Shown one piece after another: positions 43,501 through 59,000 of a stretch of 64,000 bases of DNA. Below the pieces are notes generated by a model, which worked only from the letters and a program-made list of their open reading frames with translations, was not told where the DNA came from and did no database searches. Within the stretch, counting starts at the first letter, position 1. Each line of letters begins with the position of its first letter. This stretch comes from the human T2T-CHM13v2.0 reference genome, Homo sapiens: the NCBI RefSeq assembly GCF_009914755.1, contig NC_060939.1, one strand, 5' to 3'. Made by a program: the position numbers and the translations under genes.

Positions 43501-46013
43501 TTTTAACAACTCCCTTCCGTTTTAATATAAAATAACTAGATTAAAATTTGGAAATAGTTGGCAGTTTGTATCAGAGGGTTAAACTAGAGTTATCGTATGA
43601 TCTACATATGATCTATAAGCATATTTGAAATTAAAACTGAAAGGTACTGTGTTTAGGTGAACTATACACAGACCAATTTACCACAGCAAGTAGGAAGATA
43701 ATCATATCTTCTTCTCTCTGATGAAATGGGCCGATTATCCCAGTTCAAAAGTGTACTTAAGCAAATTAATCTGTTTTCTATATATAGTTCTTTATCAGCT
43801 ATGCCTCAATCAAAACGGTTATTTTCATTATCATTAACCATATAGTATTAAATACCTGGATTAGGTTTATTTGTTCAGTTATTTGAGAGTGTATTTTGCA
43901 CCTGGTTCTGGTGCATCCTTAGGGATACAGTCCTGCTTAAAATGAGAAATATACAGGGACTATTATTGTATTCTAGCACGAGTTACTTTATAAAACGAGA
44001 TAGCTAAACAGTATTATATGGTGGCCAGTTGTTACTTGTTCTGTTATCTGTACTCTGAGTTGTGCACATCTGAAGCATATGAACAGAGTAACTCCCTACA
44101 CTACCTGAATCTTCTAGAATACTTCTGTGTCATGTAGAAGAGTAAAATGTCTGGCCATCCCTGTAAGCAAGAATATGAAATTATAACAGTATGGTATCTG
44201 TTTTGCCACCTGTTGTCTTGGCATTGATCATTAGAATGCTACTTCCCAGGGACCTCAATCCAAAACCTTTTGCAGTTCTGCTTCTGTTGGAGGAAATAAT
44301 CACTGTCCGAAAGGATAGACTAAGGAAGATGCTAATCGCTCAAGTGGATAGATTTTTCAAGCTTCATTCCTGTATTATAATACCAGATAGCTAAACAATA
44401 AGATAACATAATAACTGGTAGGGCAAGCCCCCTCATAAATCGCAATTACATTGGATTTACAGATTAATTTGTAGAGAACTGACTTATTTATGCTATTGAA
44501 TTTTCCACGAATATGATACTTCTCCATTTATGGGTTTTTACCTTTAATAGTGTTTTATCATTTTACTACATAAAATTCTTGCGTATATAATTTGCTTCAA
44601 GGTACTGAATAGTTGCTATATAATAAGTGGAATTTTTTCTATTTTCTAATTGGTTATAAATGTAGAATTTTTAGATGTTGATGCTACATCTGCGTTTATA
44701 TACACACAGATCTTCAGTCCTGCTGAACTCTCTTATTCATTCTGTGAATTCCCTTGGATTTTTGATGAAGACAATTATATGCAAATTTTGATCATTTTGT
44801 CCCTTGATAATTCTCCTACATTCTCTCTTTTTCTCTGTTTAGGACTTCCCGTGTGATATGGAATAGAAAAAGTGATGGTGAGCTTCCTTGTTTATGATTT
44901 TGAGAAGCCCACTTTTAATAATCACTACATTTGAGGTTTGCTCTAGGGTTTTGGTAGATTCTTTTTATTATGTTTAAAATTCTTCCCCTTAATTCCTAAT
45001 TTGAATGAGTGTTAAATGTATCAAAACTTATTTTTTCCCTAATTAATTCAGCTGTTGGTATGTTCTTTTTCCCTCCTTTAATGTTTTAACATACTGAACT
45101 ACAAAGGCAGGTTTCTTGTTTTCCTTTAAAGACTGCTAGATTTGATTGCTATAATTTTATGTAGGTTTTTTGCATCTATGAACAAAAGTGAAATGGGTGT
45201 TGTAGTTTTTCTCTACTTCTTTTCCTTTCTGTTTTTGATATCAGTATCATTCTGTCTGTATGAAAGAAGCCGAATAGTTTTCCTTTTTTGATTCTTTTCT
45301 TGGAAGCTTTTTATAATTAGAGATTTTCTGCCCTTTGATTAAAATTGTGAAACTGTCTGAGTCTAGTGTTCTTTTATTCAAGGGGATTCTTTTTGTCTAT
45401 GCATTTAGCTTCTTTAATGATTAGATGTACTATTTCTAGAATAGTTTTTGGTTATTTCTAAAATAATTTTTGGTTCTAGAAAAGTGTTCATATCATGTAT
45501 GTTTTAAAATACATTAGCATAAACTGAGTCTATGGTGGTATGTTTGAAATCTTGACTGTATCCATAACCATGTACACCCCTCCTTTTGGTAGCTTTCCAA
45601 TATTGTTTATTTTTGTCTTTTTCTTTTTCTATCAAGCTTCCTGGGAGATTTATCTGTTTTATTGGTCTTTTCAGAGAACCAGCTTTGGTTTTCTTGCTAA
45701 TCTGTGCTATTTTAAAATTTCATTAATCTTTACAGAAATAAAGACAAATGATCTCTTCTAACTGGGGTGGATTAATTTTTTGTTTTTTAGTTTATTTACC
45801 TCATTTATTGTTTTTCTTATTTCTTAATAAATATATTTAGTCTTTAAATTTCTCTCCAACTGTAGGTTAACTATATTCCAGGACTTGTTTTGATGTATAT
45901 TTCTTTTATGGTTATTTAGTTCTAAATATTATACGATTTTCATAGTAATTATTTAGAAGTGTGTTTTTTAGTTTGCAAGCACATAGGGTTGTTTGTTTAC
46001 TGTTGTCTAGTTT

Positions 46014-46446
46014 TTATTTTTCTGAGTATGTATGTGACAAGGTCTTGCTCTGATGTCCAGGCTGGAGTGCAGTGGTGTGATTATGGCTCATTGCAGCTTC
46101 CACCTCCTGGGCTCAAGAGTTCTCCCACCCCAGCCTCCCGAGGAGCTGGGACTACAGGCGCATGGCACCATGCCATGCTAATTTTTTTTTTTTTTTGAGA
46201 CAGGGTCTCACCCTGTTGCCCAGACTGGAGTGCAATGGTGTGATCTCAGCCCACTGCAACCTTCATCTCCCAGGCTCCTGAGTAGCTGGGACTACAGGCA
46301 TGTGCTAACATGCCTGGCTAATTTTTGTATTATATTTTTTGTAGTGATGGGGTTTCGTCATGTTGCCCAGGCTGGTCTTTAACTCCTGGTCTCAAATGAT
46401 CCACCTTCCTCGGCTTCCCAAAGTGCTGGTATTACAGGCCCAGCCT
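46014..46446 (-). mobile_element. Three-arm AluJ composite (right arm, internally deleted right arm, left arm)
   Basis: Two successive right-arm starts (~46014, ~46197) separated by a T-run, then one left arm. Confidence 0.8.
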
Positions 46447-47683
46447 AGTTTATTTTAAATTGCATTATGATTAGAGAATTGATGTGATATTAAGTTTTTA
46501 AATGTATTGAGACTTATTTGTGGCCAAGTGCTTGTTCACTTTTTGTAAAAGTTCTATGCGTTCTTTGATAGAAAATGTATTTATTATTTGTTGGCTAATC
46601 TGTTTTATATTTGTTCTTCATGACATCGGTATCCTCACCTTTTTTCTTGTTGCAGCTTTATTGGTTTCTGTTAGAAGTGTATTAAAAATCATCAATTATA
46701 ATTATAGTTTAAAAAAATTCCTTATAATGTGGCCATTTTTGTTTGGGAATATCTTGTTTGACTTATTTAAATCTTCTTGATTCATTATTATGCAGTGTCT
46801 ATCTTTCTTCATCCCTTTATGTTCAAACTTTGTATGTCATTTATCAGTAAGAGCATTCTTTTTATAACCAGTCTGATAATTTCTGCCTATTAATAAGTGA
46901 ATTTAATATATTTACATTATTACATAACTTGAAGTTGTCTTAGCCACCTTATTTTTTATATTTTCTATTATGTCTTGTCTTTGGTTCTTGTCTGTCTTCT
47001 GCTGGATTGAATGGGTTTTCATTATGTCTTTATTTTTAGTGATGTGGAAAGACGTTAGAATGCTTTAACTTGGTGTCCTCTGTCTTTTAAATTAGATAAT
47101 ATTTTACTTTGTTGTTTTGAATACACCCACACCCAGTTAATCATCAATTTTTTTATAGTCTGTACTAATTTAGATTTATCATGTTTTCAGATATCTTCAT
47201 AATTCTTTTTTTCCAGATTCAATTTCCTCCTTCCTGAAGTGTAGACCCTTTATTACTTTTTGTGAAAACCTGAGTCTTAAACTCTCCAGTCTTTTTGAAA
47301 ATTGTTACTTTGCATTTATTCTTCAATTACAGTTTATCTGAATGTAATTCTAGATGGCCAGCTTTTCCTTCTCAGCCCATTAAAGATATCCTTATATTGT
47401 CTGTTGGTAATATAAGGATAGAAATGTTAGAATGTCGGAAATGTTAATGAGCCATCTGCTGTCAGCTTTTTAGATAATTATGCTGGTAGACTATTTTTCT
47501 CTGTTGTTTTGAAATAATGATTTGGTAGTTTAGGGAGTACTCTCTTTAAAATTCTGTATTTTCACTGTGATGTATACACAGGTGGATTTGTTTTCTTTAT
47601 TCTTCATGAGATCCATGTCTTCAGTTTGGGAAATTCTCAGCATTAGCTCTTGAAATACTGTCATTCTCTCCTCTTGGGATTTC

Positions 47684-47973
47684 TTTTTTTCTCTTTTGGA
47701 GACAGAGCCTTGCTCTGTTGCCCAGGCTGGAGTGGCAGTGGCACGATCTTGGCTCACTGCAACCTCCGCCTCCCAGGTTCAAGCGATTCTCATTCCTCAG
47801 CCTCCCCAGTAGCTGAGATTACAGGCATGCAGCACCACACCTGGCTAATTTTTGTATTTTTAGTAGAGCCGGGGTTTCGCTATGTTGGCCAGGCTGGTCT
47901 CCTGGCCTCAAGTGATCCTCCCTCCACCTCCCACTGTGCTGGGATTACAGATGTGAGCCACTGCACCCAGGCC
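47684..47973 (-). mobile_element. Alu (S/Jb-like)
   Basis: Full dimer; TSD TGGGATTTCTTT on both flanks. Confidence 0.92.
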
Positions 47974-50265
47974 TCTCTGGGATTTCTTTTATAACTTCTG
48001 TTAAGTAGGAACATAACATCTGTCTTCAATGGATGTTAACCTGTCTTTTGTGTTTTTATCCCCTTGTTTTCTGTATCTCCTTGTAGGTGATTTATTTATA
48101 TCTGTCTTCTAATTCACTCATTCCTTCTATGCCCATTATGCTGTTCAACATATCTGTCAAATTTCCTTGAGTTCTTAATTTCAGTGACTGTGTTTTTCAT
48201 TTATGTAATTTATATTTGGATCTTTTTCAAATTCAGCATTCTTTTATGATAAAATCTGGCTCTTGCCTAATGTTTTTCTAAGTGCATTTTTTTTTTCCAA
48301 ATTAATGCTAATTTTAAAATCTTTTTTTAATTGTTATATTATCTCTTGTTCTTATAGTATAAATTTTCCCTTTCCTCACATCTGCTGATTCTCTCTTTCA
48401 GTGGCTTGTTTCTTTATGCAATTTGTTACCTTTCTGAAGTCATCTTTAGCAGTTTGCTTTTTGAGAGAGTCCTATATATTCTAGATGAGTAAATGTTCCT
48501 ATAGGGTGGTTTTCAATTTACCTTTACTAGTTTCGAGTTTTGATTGATTCCACGTCAGCTTTCTTCTATTTTAAAGTTTTTCCATGGTGTCCTTGTATCA
48601 CCTAGATAAGATGAATTTGGACTTCCCTCTTGTTTGTTTTAATTACTCACAAGAGAATCTTTTCTACCTGTGGTTCTAGTTTCATTTCTGCTCACCTAAG
48701 GTTGTGGGTAGAATTTTTGTAGTCTGTGTTTCACAGGTGTATCCCTTCATGACTCACATACATCAGCTTCTAGCTTTTAAGCTATTTTGGCTTCTGTTCC
48801 TGTTTGTTGCTCTCACTTTGAATTGCTGCTTTATTCTTAGTACCAGGGCATTTCCCTTGCCTGAGTTTGAGCTTAGCAATATTTCCTCCATTACATTTTA
48901 TCTGGCATTTCCATGGATTTAGAGTAGCATAGTCTTCTCAGTCATCTTGGTCCACTATATTAATTGGAAACTTAATCCTTGTGATTAAGTCCTTGTTAGG
49001 GAAATTTGAAAAATCAGGTAATGGCACTTTAAAGGCACCTTTAAGTCTTTCTTAGATATTTTTCTTTTGACCAGGTAATCCTAAGATATAAAAATATTTC
49101 TTAAAGCTTCAGACTGTTAAAGGATATGGTACTAATCTCCCCCCCTTTTTTTTTCCCTGGGGGTGGAGATGGTGTTTTGTGTTACTTCTGAATCCCATGT
49201 CTAAGAAAAACAAGATATCTAATTTTTAAAATCCTTAACATGTCTCCTTCACAAAACCTCAGAAGATCCTAGGTGGTCTAGAAATGTGACATCTCAACAG
49301 GAGAAAAAAGTTATATGCTTTTGAATATATTTATTATGGTGTTAACCTTTAAAAGTGAAAAGGGGACTTAACAATAGGGACAGAGTTCAGTACATTATCT
49401 TAATTGCAATTTAATCGTATAGCAGTTTAACATGCTTCTAAAGATTACGTGAAGATAGATATTCCTTTTATATTGCTGTGGGAAAACAGTACAAAATTGT
49501 GTGTATGCTATAGATGAAAATTGGAAGGGAATATTAAAAATAAAAATGGATGGTGGTGGTAGGATTATGGGCAGTTTTTCGTTTAAAAACAATTTTTTTC
49601 AATAATATTGTCATCCTTGCAGTCTTAATATAGGACCAAGTAAATAGTATTTCTATTCTTGCTAGATTCCAAGTAGAATGAAAAATCATAATTAAAAAAG
49701 GAGTGACAGGTAGAGGTCAAAATAGTCACCTTTATTTCCGAGGAAGCTTGATATTAAAGTATGTATCTGAGGTGTGAGCCACGTTGGGTCTGCTCACTAA
49801 ACCTCACATTTAGCTCCCCAGTTATAGCAATACCCCAAACCAGAGCAGGTCTCCCCCATACCGTGCCCACTTCTGCCCACATTAGAGCAGGGCCTGTCTC
49901 TGGAGAAGCAAGGTTAGAATTTGCATTCTTTGCAGGTAGGCTAATAACGAGGAGGTGGTGAGTGGAACAGAGTTGAACTCACCCAGCTTATTCTTCCCAA
50001 ATATATTAGATAAGTTACGTCACTTGAAATTAATAGAGGGCCACAGAAAGGCTAATACTTAGTGTTTGAGTTCCTACTACAAGGAAGGAGGAATCATGGG
50101 GAGTTGAGGATAAGTTCTTAATGGCTGTGTTCATTTTAGAGTAAGAATGCCATATGTATATTTTGGCATTTGTTGATTACGTCACTTGATAACGTGTAAT
50201 TGCTGAAGTTTATTTTTTATTTTTGTTAAGATCTTCAGTATATCCCAATTATTTTCTGCTTTTAG

Positions 50266-50329
50266 GCGTTTAAATGCAGAATTGCAGGCAAAAACAGCTG
50301 ACGTGGTTCAACAAGCTAAGGAAATAATA
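50266..50329 (+). CDS. TEX9: TEX9 coding exon 3 (RLNAELQAKTADVVQQAKEII)
   Basis: Acceptor ttttctgcttttag; donor ATA|gtaagt; phase 2 to 0 matches neighbours; coiled-coil-like peptide. Confidence 0.95.
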
Positions 50330-51769
50330 GTAAGTATATGTACAATTATTAATAATTCTATATAAATGCTAGTTTTTTATCTTTTTCATTTGATATATGA
50401 CATATATACAAAACACTAGCCAAAGCATGTGTGTTCAGTTCAATGAATTATTACAAATTGAACATGAATATATATGCATAGGTATAGGAATGTATATATG
50501 TATATGTTTTTAGTAAGCACACATTTTCTAAAAGCCACTGAAAAAGTACTTTCCATTTAGATTCTCCAGTCATCTAAATTCTCATTATAAATTCTCATTA
50601 TTAATTGATAGAATAGAGCAACTCTCCTTAGAGGAGTAGTCTACTTTAAAACTTTTATCAGTTCTTAGTTAATTTTGATTCTTACTTTCTATCCTCCCTA
50701 TGCCCCAAAATGGAGTTGATGGAAGCAGGGAAGGAAACCTAGGCAATATTTTATCTTCATGCCTTATACAAATCCATGATTATTTGTTAGTTTAGGAATA
50801 AGAAATGTATCATATATAACATTTCAAGTAATATATTTTGATAATGGTTACAGATTTGTATTTTATAATTTATAATTAGATGTTTTACTAAAAATATTTA
50901 TAATTAAATTTATACTTATATGTTTTACTAATTTATAATTAAATGTTTTACTACAAATATTTTTATTTCATCTTTTAGTTTTTGCCAGTGTCTGAAAAGC
51001 AGGAAAATACTTGTACAAAAGGACCCCACGTTATAGTAGAATGACAGATTCATTACGTTTTCTACTCAGAGAGCCCTGTAAAAAGAATCTCCCCCTGCAA
51101 ATAAAAAACAGAATAGAAAACTGGGATAAGCTAGGAAAGGGGTTGGGGAATGGATTCCTACCCCTGCAGAAGCAAACAATATAAGGTTTCTCATATTTAA
51201 TTTTTATTTACTCACTTTCTCTTTTTAAAATTTTTAATGTTTGTGGTTACATAGTAAGTGTTTATGGGGTAAATGAGATATTTTGATACAGGCATGCATT
51301 GTGTAATAATCACATCATGGAAAATGGGGTATCCATCCCCTCAAGTATTTATCCTTTGTGTTACAAAAAATCCAATTATACTATTTTAGTTAATTTAAAA
51401 TGTACAATTAAATGATTTTGACTATAATAAACATGTTGTGCTGTCAAATACTAGGTACTATTCATTCTTTCTGACTATATATTTTTTTACCTATTAACCA
51501 TCCTTATCTCCCACCCCTGCATCCCCCATTACCCTTCCCAGTCTCTGATAACCATTCTTCAACTCTCTATCTCCATATGTTAAGTTGTTTTGATTTTCAG
51601 ATCCCACAAATAAGTGAGAGCATGTGAAGTTTGTCTTTTTGTGCCTGGCTTATTTCACTCAATGACTTCCAGTTACATCCATGTTGTTGCAAGTGACAGG
51701 GCCTCATTATTTTTTATGGCTGAATAGTACTCCATTGTGTATATGTATCACATTTTATTTATCGATTCA

Positions 51770-53065
<1,296 letters not shown>

Positions 53066-55608
53066 GATATATTGATTTCCCCTCTTTTGGACCTATACGC
53101 AGCAGTGGGATTGCTGGATCATATGATAACTTTAGTTTTTTGAGGAACCTCCAAACTGTTTCCTTTGTAGTTGTACTAATTTACATTCCCACCAACAGTG
53201 TACTAGGGTTCCCTTTCTCTACATCCTTACCAGCATTTGTTATTGCCTGATTGCCTGTCTTTTGGATATAAGCCATTTTATCAGAGTTGAGATGATATTG
53301 TAGTTTTGATTTGCATTTCTTTGATGATCATTGATGTTGAACACCTTTTTTTATGCCTGTTTGCCATGTGTGTGTTTTTCTTGAGAAATGTCTATTCAGA
53401 TCTTTTGCTCATTTTTAAATTGGATTATTAGATTATTAGATTTTTTTTCCTATAGAGTTGTTTGAGCTCCCTATATTTTCTACCCTTGTCGATGGGTAGT
53501 TTGAAAATATTTTCTCCCATTCTGTGGGTTGTCTCTTTACTTTATTGTTTCCTTCACTGTGCAGAAGCTTTTTAACTTTATGTGATCCCATTTGTCCATT
53601 TTTGCTTTGGTGACTTTTGCTTGTGGTGTATTACTCAAGAAATCTTTGTCTACTCCAATGTCCTGGAGAGTTTCCCCAATGTTTTCTTATAGTAATTTCA
53701 TAGTTTTGAGATCTTAGATTTAAGTCTTCAATACATTTTGATTTGATACTTGTATATGGCAAGAGGTAGGGGTCTAGTCTTCTTCTTCTGCATGTGGATA
53801 TTCCGTTTTCCCAGCACCATTTATTGAAGAGACTGTCCTTTATCCAGTGTATGTTCTTGGCAACCTTGTCAAAAATGAGTTCACTGTAGGTATATGGATT
53901 TGTTTCTGGATTTTCTCTATTCTGTTCCATTGGTCTGTGTGTCTGTTTTTATGCCAGTACTCAGATGTTTTGGTTACTATAGCACCATAGTATAATTTGA
54001 AGCCAGGTAATGTGATTTCTCAAGTTTTGTTCTTTTTGCTTAGGGTAGCTTTGGCTATTCTGAGTCTGTTGTGGTTCCATATAAATTTTAGGATTGTTTT
54101 TTCTATTTCTGTGAAAATGCGATTGGTATTTTGCAAGGGGTTGCCTTGAATCTGTAGATTGCTTTGGGTAGTATGGACATTTTAACAATATTGATTTTTC
54201 TAATCCATGAACTGGAATATCTTTCCATTTTTTTGTGTCCTCTTCAATTTCTTGCATTGATGTTTTATAGTTTTTGTTGTAGAGATCTGTTACTGCTTTG
54301 GTTATGTTAACTCCTAGGTATTTTATTTGTGGCTACTGTAAATGGGATTACTTTTTTATTTATTTTTTAGATTGTTGACATACAGACACACTACTGATTT
54401 TTGTATGTTGATCTTGTATCCTGCAACTTTACTGAGTTTATCATTTCTAATAGTTTTTGGTGGAGTCTTTAGGTTTTTCCAAATATAAGAGCATATCATC
54501 TGTAAATGAGGTTAATTTGACTTCTTCCTTCTGATTTGGATGCCCTTTATTTCTTTATCTTGTCTGATTGCTCTAGTTAGGACATTGAGTACTATGTTGA
54601 ATAACAGTGGTGAAAGTAGGCCAGATCTTAAAGGAAAGACGGTCAGTTTTTCCCATTCGGTATGATACTAGCTGTGGGTCTGTCATATATGGCTTTTATT
54701 ATATTGAGGTCTGTTCCTTTTATACTCATGTTTTGAAGTGTGTTTACCATGAAGGGATGTTGAACTTTATCAAATGCTTTTCCAGGATCAGTTGAAATGA
54801 TCATATGGTTTTTGTCCTTCATTCTGTTGATATGATATATCACATTGATTGATTTGTGTATGTTGAACCATCCTTGCATCCCTGGGGTAAATCCCACATG
54901 GTCATGACAAATGGTCTTTTTAATATTCAGCAAACTGAATTCTGTTTGCTAGTATTTTTTGAGGATTTTTGCATCAATATTCGTTAGAGATATTGGCATG
55001 TAGTTTTCTTTTTTTGATGTGTCTTTGGTTTTGGTTTCAGGGTAATACTAGCCTCATAAAATGAGTTTGGAAGTATTCCCTCCTCCTCCAATTTTTGGAA
55101 TAGTTTGAGTTGGTTTGGTATTAGTTCTTCTTTAAATGTTCGATAGAATTCGCAGTGCAGCCATCAGGTCCTGGGCTTTTCTTTACTGGGAAAATTTTTT
55201 ATTGTGGCTTCAGTCTTGTTACTTATTATTGTTCTGTTTAGTTTTGGATTTCTTCATGGTTCAATCTTGGTGGGTTGTATGTATGTGTCTAGGAATTTAT
55301 CTGTTTCCTCTAGATTTTCCTATTTATTGGCGTATAGTTGCTCATAGTAGCCACTAATGAGCCTTTGAATTTCTGCATTGTCAGTTGTAATGCCTCCTTT
55401 TTAATTTCATATTTTATTTATTTGGGTCATCTCCCTTATTTTGTTAGTCTGTTAATTTTGCTCATCTTTAAAAAAAACCAACTTTTTGTTTCATTGATCT
55501 TTTCTTTATTTCAAATTCATTTATTTTTGCTCTGATCTTCATTTCTTTTCTTCTACTAATTTTGGTTTGGTTTGTTCTTGCTTTTCTGGTTCTTTAAGAT
55601 GCATTGCT

Positions 55609-56071
<463 letters not shown>

Positions 56072-59000
56072 TCATTATCATTTGTTTCAAGAAATTTCTC
56101 AGTTTCCTTCTTAGTTTCTTCATTGACCCATTGGTAATTTAGGTGCATATCATCTAATTTCTATGTCTTTGTATAGTTTCCAAAGTTCTGGTTATTAATT
56201 TCTAGTTTTATTCCATGTGATCAGAGAAGATGCTTGATATTATTTCAATTTTTAAAATATTTTACAACTTGTTTTGTGACCTAACATATGGTCTGTCCTT
56301 GAGAATGATATACATGCTGAGGAGAATAATGTGTATCTGTAGTCTTTGGATGAAATGTTCTGTAAATGTCTATTGGGTCCACTTGTTCTGCAGTGCAGAT
56401 TAAGTCTGATGTTTGTTGAGTTTCTTTCTGGGAGATCTGTCCAGTGCTAAAAGTGGGTGCTGAAGTCTCCAGCTATTACTGTATTGTGGTCTAGCTCTCT
56501 CTTTAGCTCGAATAATATTTGCTTTATGTATCTGGGTGCTCCAGTGTTGCATGCATTTATATGCAATCATTATATCCTGTTGCTGGATTGACCTCTTTAG
56601 CATTATATAATGACCTTCTTTGTCTCTTCTTACATTTTTTGTTTTGAAATTTATTTTGTCTAAGTATAGGTTCTCCTGCTTTTTTTTTTTGGTGTAGAAT
56701 ATCTTTTTCTACCCTTTTTATTTTCAGTCTATATATATATCTTTATTAAGTAAAGTATGTTTCTTGTAAGCGACAGATCATGGGGTCTTGTTTTATCATC
56801 CATTAAACCAGTCCGTCTTTTGATTGAAGAGTTTAGTGCATTTACATTCAGTGTTAATACTGATAAGGGCCTTAATCCTGTCATTTCATTATTTGTTTTC
56901 TGGTTGTCTTGTGGCATTCCTTCCTGTCTTCCTTTTATTGAAGGTGATTTTCTCTTGTGGTATAATTTAATTTCCTGATTTTTATTTTTTGTGTGGTCAT
57001 TGTATGTTTTTTGGCTTGAGGTTACTGTGAGGCTTGCAAATACTATCATATAACCCATTGTTTAAAGCTGATGACAACTTGACGCTGATTGCATAAACAA
57101 ACATGCAAAAAGAAAACTAATACAAACTCTACACTTTACTTTTATCTCCCTAGTTTTTAACTTGTTGTTACTGTTTCTGTCTTACTGTACTGTCTATGAG
57201 TTAAAAAGTTGTTGTAGTTATTATTTTTAATTGGCTCATCATTTAGTCTTTCTACTTTAGAGTAGTTTACACTCAATTACAGTGTTATAATATTCTGTGT
57301 TTTTCTGTATGTTTACTATTACCAGTGACTTTTGTACCTTCTGATGATTTCTTCTTGCTCATTAACATCCTTTTCTTTTAGATTAAAGAACTGTCTTTAG
57401 CATTTCTTGTAGGACAGGTCTAGTGTTGATGGAATGCCTCAACTTTTGTTTTTCTGGGAAGGTCTGTTATTATCTTTCATGTTTGAAGGATATTTTTGCT
57501 GGATATACTATTCTAAGGTTAAAATCTATATTTTTTTCTTCAGCACTTTAAGTATGTCATGCCACTCTCTCCTGGTCTGTAAGGTTTCCACTGAGAAGTC
57601 TGCTGCTAGATGTATTGGAGCTTCTTTGTATGTTGTTTGTTTCTTTTCTCTTGCTGTTTTTAGGATCCTTTCTTTATCTTTGACCTTTGGGAGTTTGATT
57701 ATTAAATGCCTTGAGGCAGTCTTTTTTGGGTTAAATCTGCTTGGTGTTCTATAGTCTTCTTTTACTTGAACATTGATAACTTTCTCAAGGTTTGGGAAGT
57801 TCTCTGATATTATCCCTTCGAATAAACTTTCTACCTCTCTCTTTCTGCCTCTTCTTTAAGGCCAATAAGTCTTATATTTGCCCTTTTGAGCCTATTTTCT
57901 AGATCTTGTAGGCATGCTTCATTCTTTTTTCTTTTGTCTCCTCTGTATTTTCAAATAGCATGTCTTCAAGATTACTAATTCTTCTGCTTGATCAGTTCTG
58001 CTATTAAGAGACTCTGATGCAGCCTTCAGTATGTCAGTTGCATTTTTAACTCCAGAATTTCTCGATTCTTTTTAATTATGTCAATCTGTTCGTTAAATTT
58101 ATCTGATAGAATTTTGAATTCCTTTTCTGTTACTTGGGTTTCTTTGAGCTTTCTCAAAACAGCTATTTTGAATTCACTGTCTGAAAGGTCACATGTCTCT
58201 GTTTTTCCAGGATTGGTCTCTGGTGTCTTATTTAGCTCATTTGGCAAAGTCATGTTTTCCTGGATGATCTTGATACTTGTAGATGTTTGTCACTGTCTAG
58301 GCATTGAAGAGTTAAGTACTGTAGTCTTCACAGTCTGGGTTTATTTGTGCCAGTCTTTCTTGAGAAGGCTTTCCAGTTATTTAAAGGCACTTGGGCCCCC
58401 TGCCCAATATCACTAGGGTTTTTGCAGACTTGTAGAGGCCTTGGTGGTCTTGGATAAGATCTGAAAGAATTCTCTGGGTTACCAGACAGAGACTCGTTCT
58501 CTTCCTTTATTTTCTCCCAAACAAATGGAGTCTCTTTCTCTCTGTGCTGAGCTGTCTGAAACTAGGGGTGTGGTGATGCAAGCACCCCTGTGCCCAGCAC
58601 CACTGGGATTGTGCTCCGTCAGACCTGAAGCCAGAACAGTACTGGATGTTGCCCACAACCTGCTATAAACACTACCTGGCTACCACCTATGTTCACTCAA
58701 GGCCCTAGAGCTCTACAATCAGCAGGTGATGAGGCCAGCCAGGTTTGTGTCCTTCCCTTCAGGGTAGCGAGTTCCCCCAGGCCCTGGGTGGGTCCAGAGA
58801 TGCTGTCTGGTAGTCAGAGATTGAAGTTAGAAATCTTAGAAATTTATCTGGTGTTCTAGTGTTTTGTGGCTAAGCTGGTACTCGGACTACAACATAAAGT
58901 CCTTCCTGCTGTTCACTCCCCTTTCCACAGGCAGAGGAGCCTCTCCTTGTGGTCACCACCACCACCAGTCCATAGCAGGGTTCTGCCAGGCCACTGCTAG

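Larger units (their letters stand above)
44440..48900 (-). mobile_element. Highly decayed antisense L1M fragments in TEX9 intron 2
   Basis: T-rich degenerate L1 ORF2/ORF1-like sequence. Confidence 0.55.
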
